Below are positions 14,500-27,139 of a stretch of 64,000 nucleotides of DNA, piece by piece. Position 1 is the stretch's first letter. The number at the start of each line of letters is the position of its first letter. The position numbers and the translations under genes are program-made. The stretch lies in NCBI RefSeq assembly GCF_009914755.1, contig NC_060930.1. One strand, 5' to 3'. The stretch is from the human T2T-CHM13v2.0 reference genome, Homo sapiens. Below the pieces are notes generated by a model. That model searched no databases and was not told where the DNA came from. It saw nothing but the letters and a program-made list of their open reading frames with translations.

Positions 14500-15575
14500 C
14501 TAGCTTGAAATTCCCTCTAACCACGGATGACTCCTACATGTGAGCCTCCAGCCCTCACCTCTCTTCTGAACTCCAAACTTGTGTGTCCACCTGCCTGGGC
14601 AATGTCTCTGCCTGGATGCCCAAGAGCATCTCGGTTTTCAGGCCCGATCTGACTCCCTGATCTTCCTCCTGCCATCCTGCAGCCAACCACAGGCTACTCT
14701 GTCTCCATGAGTGGCAAATCCGTCTTTCAGTTGTTCTGGCCCAAACCCTTGAAGTCAATTTTCACTTTTTCTTTACATCCTATATCCATTCTTTAGCAAA
14801 TCCTGTGGGCTTCTACCTCCAAAATATTTTAAAAATCCAACCTCCTTGCCCTGCCTCCTCCAAGACCGCCCGAGGCCGAACTCTCTCTCTCTCTTTTTCT
14901 CTGTCTCTCTTAGACTATAGCAGCCTCCTCAGTGGCCTCCCTAAATCTGCCTTTGTCCGGTCCCTTCAGTCTGTTCTCAGCAGCTGGAGAGACCCCTTTA
15001 AAATGTAAATCAGATCCCATCCCTCCTCTGCTCAAAACCCCCAAGGCTCCACTTCAGCAGAATGAATGGAGAGTCCAGTGGCCTGTGAAGTCCACAGTCT
15101 GCCCCTACCCCTCTACCAGTCTCTCTGGCCTCCTCACTCTTCCTGAATGCACCAGGCCCTCTCCTGCTTCAGGACCTTGGCACTGGCTGTTGCTTCCACC
15201 TGGAAGGCTCTTCCCCCAGAAATCCTTGTGGTTCATGCCTTGCTCTCTTCTGGTCTTTGTGCTGCTACCGTCTCCTAGGACACCTGCTGTCGCCCACTGA
15301 GATCCATAACCCACCGCGTCTCCTTGCGGCTCTGTTTCCCTCCATAGCACATGTCATTGCCTGCCACACTGCTGAGTTTGCTTCCTGTCTTTACCTTGTT
15401 TGTGGTCTGTTTCAGTCGTCCTAGGATCTTGTTTCTTCTTTCCTATGGAGTGTGAGTTCCACAAGGGCAGAGATTTTGTCTGTTCACTACCCTGTCCCCA
15501 GTGCCTGGAACAGTGCCTCAGACCTAGTAGGGGTTCATTTATTGATCACCCAAATAAACGAGTCTGTGAAATAAA
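14500..15575 (+). mobile_element. L2 LINE 3' region (degraded) in MLN intron 3
   Basis: L2-type segments CTGAACTCCAAACTTG...TCCACCTGCCTG, TTTAAAATGTAAATCAGATC and terminal CCCCAGTGCCTGGAACAGTGCCT...AGTAGG; ends approximate. Confidence 0.7.
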
Positions 15576-16284
15576 AGAGCTCATGGGACAAGCTCAAGGT
15601 TCTCCCCAGCCCCAACAATCGGCCCTGGGTGTTGAGGCCTGTGGCTGGCTCCTGGGTTTCTGTCTGGGAGGGGAGGAATTGGCACCCTCGCCACCTCTTT
15701 GCCGAAGACTGTAGCGCCTCCTGCCTGGCTTCTTGCCTCCACTCATGCTGCCCCAGCTCTAAGAGGGCTCCGGTGGCTTCCCTGCTTTGAATCCCCAGTG
15801 GCGCTGCATGCAGGCCCTGCCTGGGCTGGCCATGCTGACCTCTCGCCCACTCGACTAACCCCTGCCACAAGGGCCTGTCGCCCACCGGTGTTCCTCAGTC
15901 TTTGCACTCACTGTTCCTTCTCCCGGGAGGCCCTTGCTCCAGCTGTTTGCACAGGTGGCTCCTTCCCTTCATTCAGGTTTCAAATCAAATGTCACCTCCT
16001 CCAAGAGGCCTTCCCTGACCCGTCTCAGGGACAAAGCAGTCTCCCAAACCCCACTCAGTCACTCTCCTACTTCCTTATCTGGTGCCTGAAATGGTTGATT
16101 TATCTCGTTGCTGGAGTCCGTCTCTCCCTACGAGGATGGAGCTCATTGCCTGGATGTCTTGCTCACTGCGATATCCTAGGACACTCTGAGGCTCACTGTG
16201 GCTTGTGGGCTCTGCCTCCAGGCCAGGCAGGGGAATGCATGCCCTGCTCTGAGTTTCTCTCCTTTGTCCCAGTTGTCTGCTCAC

Positions 16285-16401
16285 CTTGATCATTTCGTTT
16301 TCTTCTTCCCTGATGGGCTCCGCAGGGTCTACAGGACCTTCCTCCCCAGACCTCTGCCATACACTCAGGGATTTCTTTTGCCCTTTATTCCGTTCCTTTT
16401 C
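16285..16401 (-). CDS. MLN: MLN exon 3 (117 nt), EKERNKGQ-KK-SLSVWQRSGEEGPVDPAEPIREEENEMIK
   Basis: Acceptor ttctgcccctag|GAA and donor AAG|gtgagc; encodes motilin residues 15-22 and the dibasic KK processing site. Not shown in the ORF track; translated by hand. Confidence 0.97.
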
Positions 16402-18226
16402 CTAGGGGCAGAACAGAAAATTGCACAAAACCGCCCTCCCTCAACCCACGCTGATGGCCCCTTGCCTGTCTCCATCTGCCCAGGGTGCTGTCTGCCCTGA
16501 GCTCCCTACAGACTGAAAGAACCCTTTCCTCCAGGAGCCTCCTGCACGAGGAATCTCAGATACTAACTAGTGGCTCATGGATGTCCCTTGAGGTTGCCCA
16601 CCAAGGGCCTTGCTCTTCAAGGTCAACTTGAAGAGGAATCCATTCCTTTGTAGTTAAAACATTGCACCCAGATTGTTACTGTTAATTAACTTAAAAAGCT
16701 GAAAATAATGCCTGCCCTTCATGCATATTAAGTGTGAAAATGTGTCTTTCTTAGCAGAGAGCCTATAAAAAAGGTAGTGAGACAGCCTAGCCTGGGAGGG
16801 TGCCATGGGGTGGCCCGGGAACTCAGAGTCCCTGGGAGGTGATTTATAAGAGGCAAGACAAGAGATAAATTATGGAGGAGGGAGTTTGTAGCTTCTTCAT
16901 AAAAATCCTGGTGCCTGGCAATTATGAGGAGAAAAGCCATGGAGCAGATTAATGCAGTGTCCTTTGCTTGCTATTTTGCTAGTTTATGTTCCATTGGGTT
17001 TGACTGTTCCTGTCCAGCCCCCAGTCTTGCCCGGCATGCTGCTGGCCAGGTCCCTGAGCACTGAGATCCTCATTCCTTTGCTTTCTCTAATGACACTCTT
17101 GGGACTCTGCTGTTGGCCTGCCCTGAGACGTGGTGATTCTAGAACAAACAGTCATCCTGTGGGGAGTGTGCTGGCGTGGAGGAAAGTGTGTTGGGGCCTG
17201 CTGCAGTACCTACCCAGTTCCCATGTCTGCTTGCAGAAGGGGAGCTGGATTCAGCCTTGCCTCTAAAAAGAGCCCTGTTCACTGGGAATGTGGATCCCCA
17301 CACACCTCCCCACATAAAGTGGGCAGTTGCAGACAGGCTGTGCCCCAGAGCCTCGAGACCTCCCTGGGCACTAACTCATGTATTCATCCCTATTGGAGTC
17401 TCAGTTTCAGACAGGGTGGAGCATGAAAGTCCCTTTCTTCATCTCCTTAGGTTAAAGGGAACCAAACATCTGCATAGATACTCAGCGTCCCCTGAAGTCT
17501 AAAGTAAAAGGCAGCAGGGAGGCAGAGCCAGCAGTTCCATTTTCCTTAGGCTCCACTGCCTGAGTTCCATGAGGCCTGCCTTTTTTTCTTCTGGGCCCTA
17601 AAGAGGAGGCTTTGGCCACTGCTACATGGACCGCAGCCTTGTTTCCCGCCTCTGGGCGCTGGCTCCCATTGGTCCCTCGCTCTTGATCTCTCAAGGCCCC
17701 CAGCTGAGTTCCACCTTTTCCCTGCAGGCTTCCAAGCACGCTCCAGCCCTTGGTGATTCTCCTTCCTTGAACCTGAGCACTTAGCATCAGCACCACTGAT
17801 GGGGCAATTCATCATGTCCTGCCTGTGACATCTCTCTTTTGTCTTCGACTGTTAGTTAATTTTTCATATGTTCGTATCTTGGCACCCCAGCCTTCTCCCT
17901 GGAGATGGGGAGGTGCTGAGATTCTTCTGCATGCTCGGGCTCATCGCCCAGGGTGGCCTCTTGTACTGCAGAGCAGCTCGGTAAATATTTATTGGCTTGT
18001 TAATTTAAAATTTCCTCCAAAGGATAGGCAGGGGTGGGAAAGATGTTGCTCATACGAGCCACTGACATATCTGAGTGATGCCAGTGAAGGCGTGAAGGTG
18101 GCCAGAGAGGTGGCTGGAACTGGGGGTTATCTTGGGTCCTGGTCCTTTACACTTTCCTTGGTATCACCGGCATAGGTCATAGTGACCTCAGCCTTGCTAG
18201 CAGGGCAGGCAGCAGGGGGTTCTTAC

Positions 18227-18343
18227 CTGCATCCTCTGGAGTTCGCCATAGGTGAAGATGGGGACGAAGGCTTCCGTCTGGGAGGCCAGCATGGCAGCTA
18301 CATGCACCACCAGCAGAGCAGCCACAGCCTTACGGGATACCAT
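18227..18343 (-). CDS. MLN: MLN exon 2 coding part (117 nt): 25-aa signal peptide plus motilin 1-14 ([14 protein letters not shown]); exon starts at 18350
   Basis: ORF 18197..18472 contains [39 protein letters not shown]; acceptor ttgtccag|CTCCAAGATG and donor CAG|gtaaga. Confidence 0.98.
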
Positions 18344-20389
18344 CTTGGAGCTGGACAATGACAAGGAGCTCTTGTCACTAAGTTTGGGGTACAGTGGCAG
18401 ACTGCTGTGTCCGAGGCAGGGGCCCTCAGTTCTGGCCCATGCCCTACCTCTAGCTGTGTGATCTTCAGCCAAAGCTCAGCCTGTCTGGATTTGGGCCTGG
18501 TATCAGAGCTTGAGCAGATGAGCTCTGAGCACCTTTCTGCCCCAGAGCTGTGGCAGCTGGCCAAGCTCCTGGGAAAGGCCATCCAGCTCCCTGCCACACA
18601 CCAGGGAGGAATCATTTCACTTGTCCACCCTTCTCTTTTGTTACAGGTAAGGTCTTCTGGGGTCAGCTGGACTCATAAGGCAGGAGGGACCTCATCTTTC
18701 AGAGAAGGAATGCCTAGATTATCAACAGAACTGTGCCCCAAGACCCAGAGAGACCTCCCTGCCCCAGTGCCTATTAGAATGACAAAAGGGGTGGACCCAA
18801 GCCCAGATGACCAGGGCTCTGCCTGGAAGTGCCAGGCCAGGACCCTGGGTCTGTAGAGCCTCTGCCATTGCAAAGGATGAGCCAGATGGAAAAATTCAGC
18901 ATGGAGCTGTATCCCTGAGCCAAGAGGGCACCCCCTTCCCCGTTGGGGGAGCGATGGCTTGGGAACAAGCCCCCCGCCCCGTGCTCCAGTGCATCTAGCT
19001 GCCTTTGGCCACCATCCTGAAACAGCAGGGAGCAGGCTTCCTCTTTCCTCACACCCTGGAACCCAGTGATTGCTGACCAGGAAGCAGGTATGTGTGGAAT
19101 GGCTGGTAGGACATTGGGCTTTAGTGGGCTTTTGGAGCTCGGGTCCTGGCAGGGAGCAGGTAGGCATGGTGACTGCAGGGGTGCAGAGCCTTGAGAAAGG
19201 GTCCACTGGGCAGACTTTGGGCAGGGACAGGGTGGTCCTGGGGTGGGGGTGGGATGGCCTAGCTGAGTGCCAGCCAAGGTTGACTCATTCAAAGGCAGCA
19301 GGGGCTGGAACCTTGGCCTTTTGAGGCCCAGTGCTTTTCCCAATACCCCACTCTACGTTGCCTCTGCCCATAGTAGGCAGAGGAAGGCACAGGGGGCAGG
19401 CCTGTTGAATGCATCTTGGGCACCACTGTTCCTGCGCTGGGTGGACTGCTGAGTGCAGGGGCCAGGCCTCCAAGCAGGGAGGGGAGGCCGGGACAGCCCC
19501 TCCAGCAGTAGGGGTAGGGGTGGAGGTAGTTACAAGGTTTCAGATAAAGCGCTCCTCCAGTCCCCAGGCAGCCTGGATTCTGTCGGCAGGAGAGGGTCTG
19601 CCCTGGAAAGGCCTCGGGGCTTCTCTGCAGGTCTCAACCTGGCTCCCCCTTTGAACAGAACCTTCCAAGGCTGCAGGCTTGCATCCTGCCTCTCAGCCAA
19701 GACCTGTCTCCTCAGTCATCTGAAACCACCCTACCACGCCAGACGCTCCCTCTGCCTTCTTGCTATTCCAGCTCTCTCTTCTTCCCACTTCCTATTTTCT
19801 CTCCATTTTGTTCAAACTCCATGAACAAGAACAACAGAGCTCAGACAGCGAAAGCCTCCCCATCCCAGCTGTATGCAAATTCCCAGCAGGCTGAAAGGAC
19901 CACCCGCCCACCCAAGACCACCTCCCAGGAAGCCGAGGCCTTGTGTGCAGCCCCAGAGGAGCTTGAGCTGAACGGAGAATGGGTTGAGGTGGGTGGGACC
20001 CATCACTGTTCTTCCCTTCTCATTCCTGCGCGTTCCCTGAAGAGTCTCTGGGGCCTGCTTTTCCCCCCAGCAGAGACGGATGTGTCACATTTATGGCATC
20101 CCATTTCCTTCACAGAGAGGCTATAGATCCTGTTTCATTCTGGTGTATTTAATTCACTCCATAGGAATCAATAAAAACTTTAAATTAAAAAAAAGGCAAA
20201 ATCCAATTGCTTCTCATTTTCTTGATCCAACTGGCAGTCGGCATGTCACCTACGTTCATGTGTGTTCTGGTGAGCTGGAGGTGGGAGAAGGAGCTTTTCA
20301 TTGTACAGTGAGGCACTAACTTTCCTTTCCCATCATCAGAGATGGGGGGCTTCAACCTTCAAGTGTCCAGCTCTGCATGAAGGGGGTGA

Positions 20390-20780
<391 letters not shown>

Positions 20781-21132
20781 GCCAAATTTTTCTTACCTTT
20801 CCAGAGCAAAGCCACCATGCCAAGAGGGGCCCTGCGCCCATGATGAGCTCTGGCTTGGGTTCCCGGCCCACCGTGGATGTGCCAGACCCACCCACAACAG
20901 CCTCTGCTTTGCCAGGAGTTGTACCCACCTGCTTGCCTCCAGCGTCTGTGCCTCAGCCCTGCCTCTGCTCACTGATGCCCTGGGAATCAGCGCGGGCACT
21001 CAGTGCGAAGCCCGGCTGGGCACTGGAAGGTGGCAGAGGGCCCTGGACCAGGCTGGCTCTGGCTTGCACCAGCGTTCTGCTTTAGGGCTTATGCTGACCA
21101 CTCCCCACCCACTTTCTCCAAGGGCTACTTAC

Positions 21133-21185
21133 GGCGTGCACGTGGTCTGAGTGGGTCTGGAGGAGTCTCTCTGCTTGTCTTCTGG
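21133..21185 (-). other. MLN: MLN non-coding exon 1 (TSS approximate)
   Basis: Strong donor GCC|gtaagt at 21132; TATA box ~25-30 nt upstream of the inferred start; consistent with the known five-exon structure with an untranslated first exon. Confidence 0.82.
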
Positions 21186-21207
21186 TGTCCGGCTGATCTG
21201 ACGGGTT

Positions 21208-21215
21208 CTTATATA
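21208..21215 (-). promoter_or_regulatory. MLN: MLN TATA box (TATATAAG)
   Basis: CTTATATA on the plus strand, correctly spaced from exon 1. Confidence 0.82.
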
Positions 21216-21249
21216 CCTCCCAACCCTGGGAGCTGCCCTTGGAGCCCAT

Positions 21250-21262
21250 TAACCTTTGACCA
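21250..21262 (-). promoter_or_regulatory. MLN: DR1 nuclear-receptor (HNF4/COUP-TF-like) motif TGGTCAAAGGTTA in the MLN proximal promoter
   Basis: Close match to the AGGTCA-A-AGGTCA DR1 consensus with the CAAAG core, ~35 nt upstream of TATA. Motif match only. Confidence 0.5.
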
Positions 21263-22899
21263 CAGCTTTGGGGGCCCTCAGAGGGGGAGCCTGGATTCTT
21301 GAAGCTCGTGGAAACTCCAGGCAGGGCTAGCCACGCTATGGGCTTCCAGGGCTTTCCTGGAAGGAACAGCGACAGTCAGGGTTCGGTGGAAGCTAGCCCC
21401 CACCCAGATGGCATTCTCCCGTCCACTGAAAACTCAGCTGCCTCTCAGAGGTCATTTTAACAAAGCCTTTTCTTTTTTTGTTCCTTAAATATATGACATT
21501 GGTGAGCGTCTGCAGGCCAATGCTCTAGTGATCAGATTTTCTGTCGGCCTGTCAGAGCGCTGTATTAGAAAGATAACTTCTCTTCAGTCTTCCCCCTGAA
21601 GCCCCTCATGAAAGAAAGTGTTCAGGAGTTTGTGACAGCATTTCAGTGGATTAATGAAAATAAAACTACTGAGTCCAGACCCAAGGCTGTGTGGGGCCAG
21701 ATGCCGCGAAGGAACCGAGGAAATGCAGAGGGGTGACAGTGTAGGAGGTCTGCACGCTGCAGCCTAAACGGGGAGAAAGACACCTACCTGGACAATGTTT
21801 CATGGTAATCATGCAATTCAAACAGTATGTGTAAAGATTCAAAGAGGGAAGAGGGAAGAGGTGAATGTGATCTGGAGTCAGACCTGGCTCGCTGTTGCTG
21901 GGGCTGGGCGGGGCCAATTCCAGAGCGCAGCATTACCCAGGAAATGCTGAGCACGAACGTTCTGATTAAACGCAGCAACCCCGTGAGGTGGGTGCATTTA
22001 TTTCCCCCATTCAATAGATAAGGAAACGGAGGCACTGCTAAATAGCTCATCTGTGACTCCTCTGCAAGGTGTCTTTATACTAGGGTGAAGGCCAGACGTG
22101 GCCAGGTGCAGCAGAGGGCAGGAGTGAGGGCTTCTGGAGATTTGGGGCACACACAGGCTTAGAATGGTGTCACAGGAGGTCCCCTGTGTGGGCTGGGAGC
22201 CGCTCAGTCGGGTCTGAGTGTGGGGACCCTTAGCAACCAAGCAGAAGGATTTAGATTTGATGGAGGAAATGGAATATTGGGCATCTTCATGATACCTTGA
22301 AGGGGATGTTAGGGCAAAAACATCACTCTGGAAGATGTCTAGTTTTCTGGGTACCGGTCATGGACCAGGCAGAGGCTGAGGTGGGGTACAGTCTGGGTGT
22401 GGAATCCCGAGGGTCTGGGTGGGCAGTGGCCATTTTCCCAGGCGACATACGTTGGCCAGTAGCACCTTCCCCACACATCCAGACGCTGCCTCACACATCC
22501 AGAGGGGCACTATTTCTTGCCCAGGAGACCCTGCCTAGCCAGTCCTTGGGTCTGCTCTGGCCCTTCCACTCAGAAACAAATGTTTGCAGTGCTTCAAACC
22601 CAACACAGATAATTTCTACCTTCCCTACTCAGCAAGGCTTAATGAAAACAGATGGCAGCTCAGTGTCCTCGCTTCCTGCCAGCAGGGTCTCTGTGTACAG
22701 CACCCACATTAGAACTCCAGCACACTGGACCAGCGGCTGTTGTGAGATGTGCAGTGTGGCTCTGAAGTCTGAGACTTACATCAGGAATTAAAGCTCCAAA
22801 TGCCGGGGGTTTGCAGCAGAGTTACCATCCCTTAACCTTGGGCCTCATTGGAGTCTGACTGTCCCTGTTTCAAGAGGGGCTTTTGGGAAGAGGTCGCTA

Positions 22900-23200
22900 G
22901 GCTGGGCAAGGTGGCTCACACCTGTAATCCCAGCTTTTGGGAGGCTGAGGCAGGAGGATTGCTTAAGGCCCAGGAGTTCAAGACCAACTTGGGAAACATA
23001 GCAAGACCTCATCTCTGCAAAAAATAAAAACAATTAGCTAGATATGATGGCATGCGCTGTGGTCTCAGCTACTCGGCAGGCTGAAGTGGGAGGATCATTT
23101 GAGCCTGGGAGATGGAGGATAGAGTGAGCCATGATCATGCCACTGCACTCCTGGGAAACAGAGTGAGACCCTGTGTCTGAAAAAAAAAACAAAACCAAAC
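22900..23200 (+). mobile_element. AluJ-type element
   Basis: GGCTGGGCAAGGTGGCTCACACCTGTAATCCCAGC...GGAGGATTGCTT...GTGAGCCATGATCATGCCACTGCACTCC and an A-rich tail; J-type diagnostics. Confidence 0.88.
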
Positions 23201-23361
23201 CGAAAGACAAGGTCACAGACCTTGGTGGGGGCAAAGTAGTCCCTTGAGAGTTGGGAAGTAGTCTATCAGCTTCTCAAGCTCTGGGATGCTCTGGGGAGCT
23301 CCATCCATAAGCACGGGCTGCTGTGATGGGACACATCACACCTGCATCTCTAGCACCTAGA

Positions 23362-23665
23362 CCAGGACAGGCAAAATGGGCCAAACCGGCCTGCCACTTC
23401 TTTTTATAGTCTGTGAGCTAAAAACTGTTTTTATATTTTTAATAATTAAAATATCAAAAGAATATTTAGTGACATGCAAATTTAATTTCCATGTTCATAA
23501 ATACAGTTTTATTGGAACAGGTCCACTCATTCATTTCTGGGTTACCTATGGCTGCTTTGGGGCTGTAACAGCAGAGTTTAAGTAGCTGTAGCAGAGACCT
23601 ATGGCTTACAAAGCTGAACATATTTGTTGTGTGGACCTTTATGGAAAACGTTTGCTGGTCCTGAC
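23362..23665. mobile_element. MER58-like hAT-Charlie DNA transposon fossil
   Basis: GGGCCAAACCGGCCTGCCAC...TTTATTGGAACA...ACAGCAGAGTTTAAGTAGCTGTAGCAGAGACC...GGAAAACGTTTGCTG resembles MER58. Confidence 0.7.
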
Positions 23666-23699
23666 CTCAACAGTGTCTGGAGCATGTGATAAATAACAG

Positions 23700-23872
23700 C
23701 CAGATGTTACACGTATCTGCTTTTTAAAACCTTACAACAGCCCTGAGGTTCATGTGGTTATTATCCCAACTTACATGTGGGGAAACTGAGGTGGAACAAC
23801 GGACCCAAGGTCACACAGCTATTCAAATGGCCAGGCCAGGATTCAAACTCAGGGAGTCTGGCTTCAGAATCA
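23700..23872 (-). mobile_element. MIR SINE fragment
   Basis: GGGAAACTGAGG...CCCAAGGTCACACAGCTA...GCCAGGATTCAAACTCAGG. Confidence 0.75.
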
Positions 23873-25111
23873 AGTTTTTATTTTTTTATTAAATAACTGT
23901 GTTCTCCTGCCCCTCATTGTTTGGTGAATGTGCATAGGGATGTTTATAGCTGGGGAAGACACAAAACAGTGGCCTGGTACCAATTCTACAAACCTGTCAC
24001 TCTCTCCTTAAGCCATCCCCTGCGAGGTCTCTGAGCATGAGGCAACCTGAGCTGACCAACCGGAACAAGTGCCGCTTGTGCTGTGTGTCCTTAGGCTTGG
24101 AGATGCCAGGCTTGGGCTGGGAGGAGGACTGCAGATGGCGGACCAGGCCTATCCACTGAGCACAAGGAGACATCTGAGGCCACTTTCCCAGGGCCCCTCC
24201 ACACTGGAGGTCTGAGATCCGTGCCCTGCCTCTGCTGGGCCAGTCTGGGCTCTGGTCCAGAGATGCCTCCAAGACACTCTGTCTGAGAAATGATTAGGAG
24301 CCTCCAAGCCCAAGACAGGCCTGTAGTGAGGGATGGGGAGAAGGGAAGTGCGGGAAACAGTAAATAACCCGGGATCAATTTTCTGGGCGTGAATAGCACT
24401 AACCTGGATCGCTCCCATGATTCAGTGTTTCTGACCCAAGTAATTTGCAGTATTACAGTGAGACATCTGCAGTTTGGTGTGGAAGGAAGGCAAACCAGGG
24501 TTCACAATGAGCTATGCCTGCTAATGCAGAAGGGGAATGTAGACTCACAGGGGGCTCCAGGTCTGCTTTGGGGTCACAAGCTGCTGGGATGCAGTGGCCT
24601 CCCCTCACACTCCTCTGGGCTGCAGGCTGTGTGAGCCAGCCCTTTGGGAACCATCTCACCAGGAATACGTCTTCTCTCCCCTGTTTGTGCCTTGGTCCTC
24701 GTTGGGCATTTTCCACTGCCACGATTAGTGCTTTAGAAATGGAGCTGGGTAGATAACAAGCTTAATAACCACTACTTTGTCTTTACCATGTACCTTGGCT
24801 CTCCCTACAAATGCTCAATTAGTGGCTGTTTCTCTCCTGCTAGAAACCAGACAAAAATAAAAGGAAGGCATAATCTGATGTTCTTCATTTTCCAAGTGGG
24901 AATTGCCACGGATATGCAGCAGCCGAGGCAGAGGGGAGGCGTAGAAACCTAACCCCAATCTGGGAAAGGAAGTTGACAAAACTCAGAGGAAATGGCTCAA
25001 ACCACATGTGAGCACTTGATTGCTTCTTTCTCCCACAGCAGGCAGAGGTATTAGCAGTTTAGCTCTCCTCTCCTCATGACCTTGAAAATATTGTTTGCCA
25101 GGTACCGCCAT

Positions 25112-25243
25112 AACATCTTCATTAACGGTCTGGAACAGGGAGGCAACGACATGTTAATTAAATTTGCAGATGATACTAAATTGGGAGATATAGCAAACAT
25201 CAGGGAGGACAGAGATCTAATACAAGAAGATGTCGGGAGTTAG
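25112..25243 (+). mobile_element. CR1/L3 LINE reverse-transcriptase remnant (degraded homology may continue to ~25450)
   Basis: Hand translation from 25112: NIFINGLEQGGNDMLIKFADDTKLGDIANIREDRDLIQEDVGS*, matching the CR1-clade RT pattern FNIFINDL...KFADDTKLGG...EDR..IQ.DL. Confidence 0.85.
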
Positions 25244-27139
25244 AACTGCGTGCTGGAAATGGCCAGGTGGGCTGCTGGACATATGACACCAAGGCCCCGA
25301 GGACACAGGATGGAGGATATGGGTGACAGGGAGGGACCAGCCAAGAAGAAAAGGTGCAACTGGGGGCTCCTGCGGGCGGGGCAGCTTGAACACCACCCTG
25401 TTCTCCAGGTGGGTTCCTCAATGAGCCAGAGGGCAGCGGCCAGACAAAGGCAGAGTTCAGGGGAGCCAAAACAGCCTAAGGATTGCAGGAGTGCCAAAGC
25501 TGAAGGAATAACAATGAAAAATGAAAGGTTTCAAAAGGTTGGCTTGTCCAGAACGCTGGTAACAATTAAATGTGCATCCCTCATGTTAAGCAAAGGCTAA
25601 AGCAAGGCAAAGAACCCAGGTGTAGGAGGGAGGGCAGGAGGAGAGAGAGTTGTTGCTGAGCCCTCGCATCTAAAGTCCTTGATGTCCCTTACAGAGCCAG
25701 AGGTGTGCAACTGGACTCATAAGCAAAATTACGAGTTGATGGTGACGACGTTTAAAACTGGGTCAAGCAAAGCTCTGAGAGATGTATTTTGGCAACGACT
25801 TTGTCCTGGCCCAGGGGACACAGGCTTTGGTGACCTGTGGAGTATTTTTATTCTTTTCCTTCTATGGCTCAGGATCTTTTTTCAGAACTCACAAATGATT
25901 GTTGAGAAATGACACACAGCAGAAACCATACGCCAAGAGCCCCATGATACAGACTCAGTGCAAGTGGAGAGGAAAACACTGACACAGAGAGGGTCTGGCC
26001 AGGATTAATTTCCAATTTTCCGAGCTTCTTGTTTGTGTGTTACATCTGCTACTTGAATTAACATTCCTGCATCTCCAATTTCCTGTTGAGTCCATTCAAT
26101 GTGCACTGACAACCTGGACCCGAAACAATCCAATAAAATGCTTTTCTTTTTCGTTCAGCCTCAAGGACTATTGACAGTGTGCACACAACCTGGGGACTCG
26201 GCTGAGTTTTACAATAGCATCCCTGCGGATTTCCCAGTCAATATTTCCCTGGGGGTTTAAAATACTCCTAGAAATGTCCCGTCACCAACTTGCTTCTGGG
26301 TTTCCTTTCTATTTATGGGGGCTTATCGCCAAAGCTGCTGCTATAAAACTTCAAGAAGAGATCACATAACTTTTTTTCCAAGGACGGGGTGTGGGTGCTA
26401 AGAGCAGGGTCTATGCACTGGACTTCTATGGGATTTTTTTTTTTTCTGTTTCTTCTGGGAATTGAGCTTGTGGTACCAGATCTCCTTTTAATCGAGTTTT
26501 AATATTTTTATGGCAATGATGGATGCGTGTGAAGAGAAAGCAGATTGCTTTGGAAGTGATGAATTAATTCTAAGGAAAGGTTGGCCTCTTGTAAGCCAAA
26601 GCCTCTTCTTTCTCTTCAACCCCTTCAGGGCAGGCAGCGCTCCTGGCTCCCTGACCTGAGGGCACCAGGCGCTAGAACAGGAGGCAGGGACAGCTGACAC
26701 ATTTTCATAAATGATTAAGGAAGTCTGAAGTCTGTGGTTGAGAAAAGTTTGCACTTTCATGTTTAAGAAGGAAAGAAGTCTTGGTAGAGGTTTTAGGCCA
26801 TGAGGATGGGAGCCAAAGTTGTTTCAAATGTCAGTCTTATCCAGGGTGGATTCAGGTAGAACACTCAAGCTGTCCAAATTTTTTCTCTTCCATTGCATCA
26901 GCAAACCTCAGTTGTTGACTTCCCCACATCTGCTGGGCTGATGACTTTTGGATTTGGGGGGCTGCCAGCAGCTGCAAATGGAAACAGCGGGCCACATGCA
27001 GCCTCTGCCGTTGACAGCTGTGGGTGGCAGTCACATGGGTCTCCTTCAACCAGCCCACTCTGGAGTGGCAGGAGAAAGGGGAGGATTCTGTTTCCTCTGG
27101 GGTCCAGGGATTGGGCTGGGTGGCTGGGTGAGATCTGGG

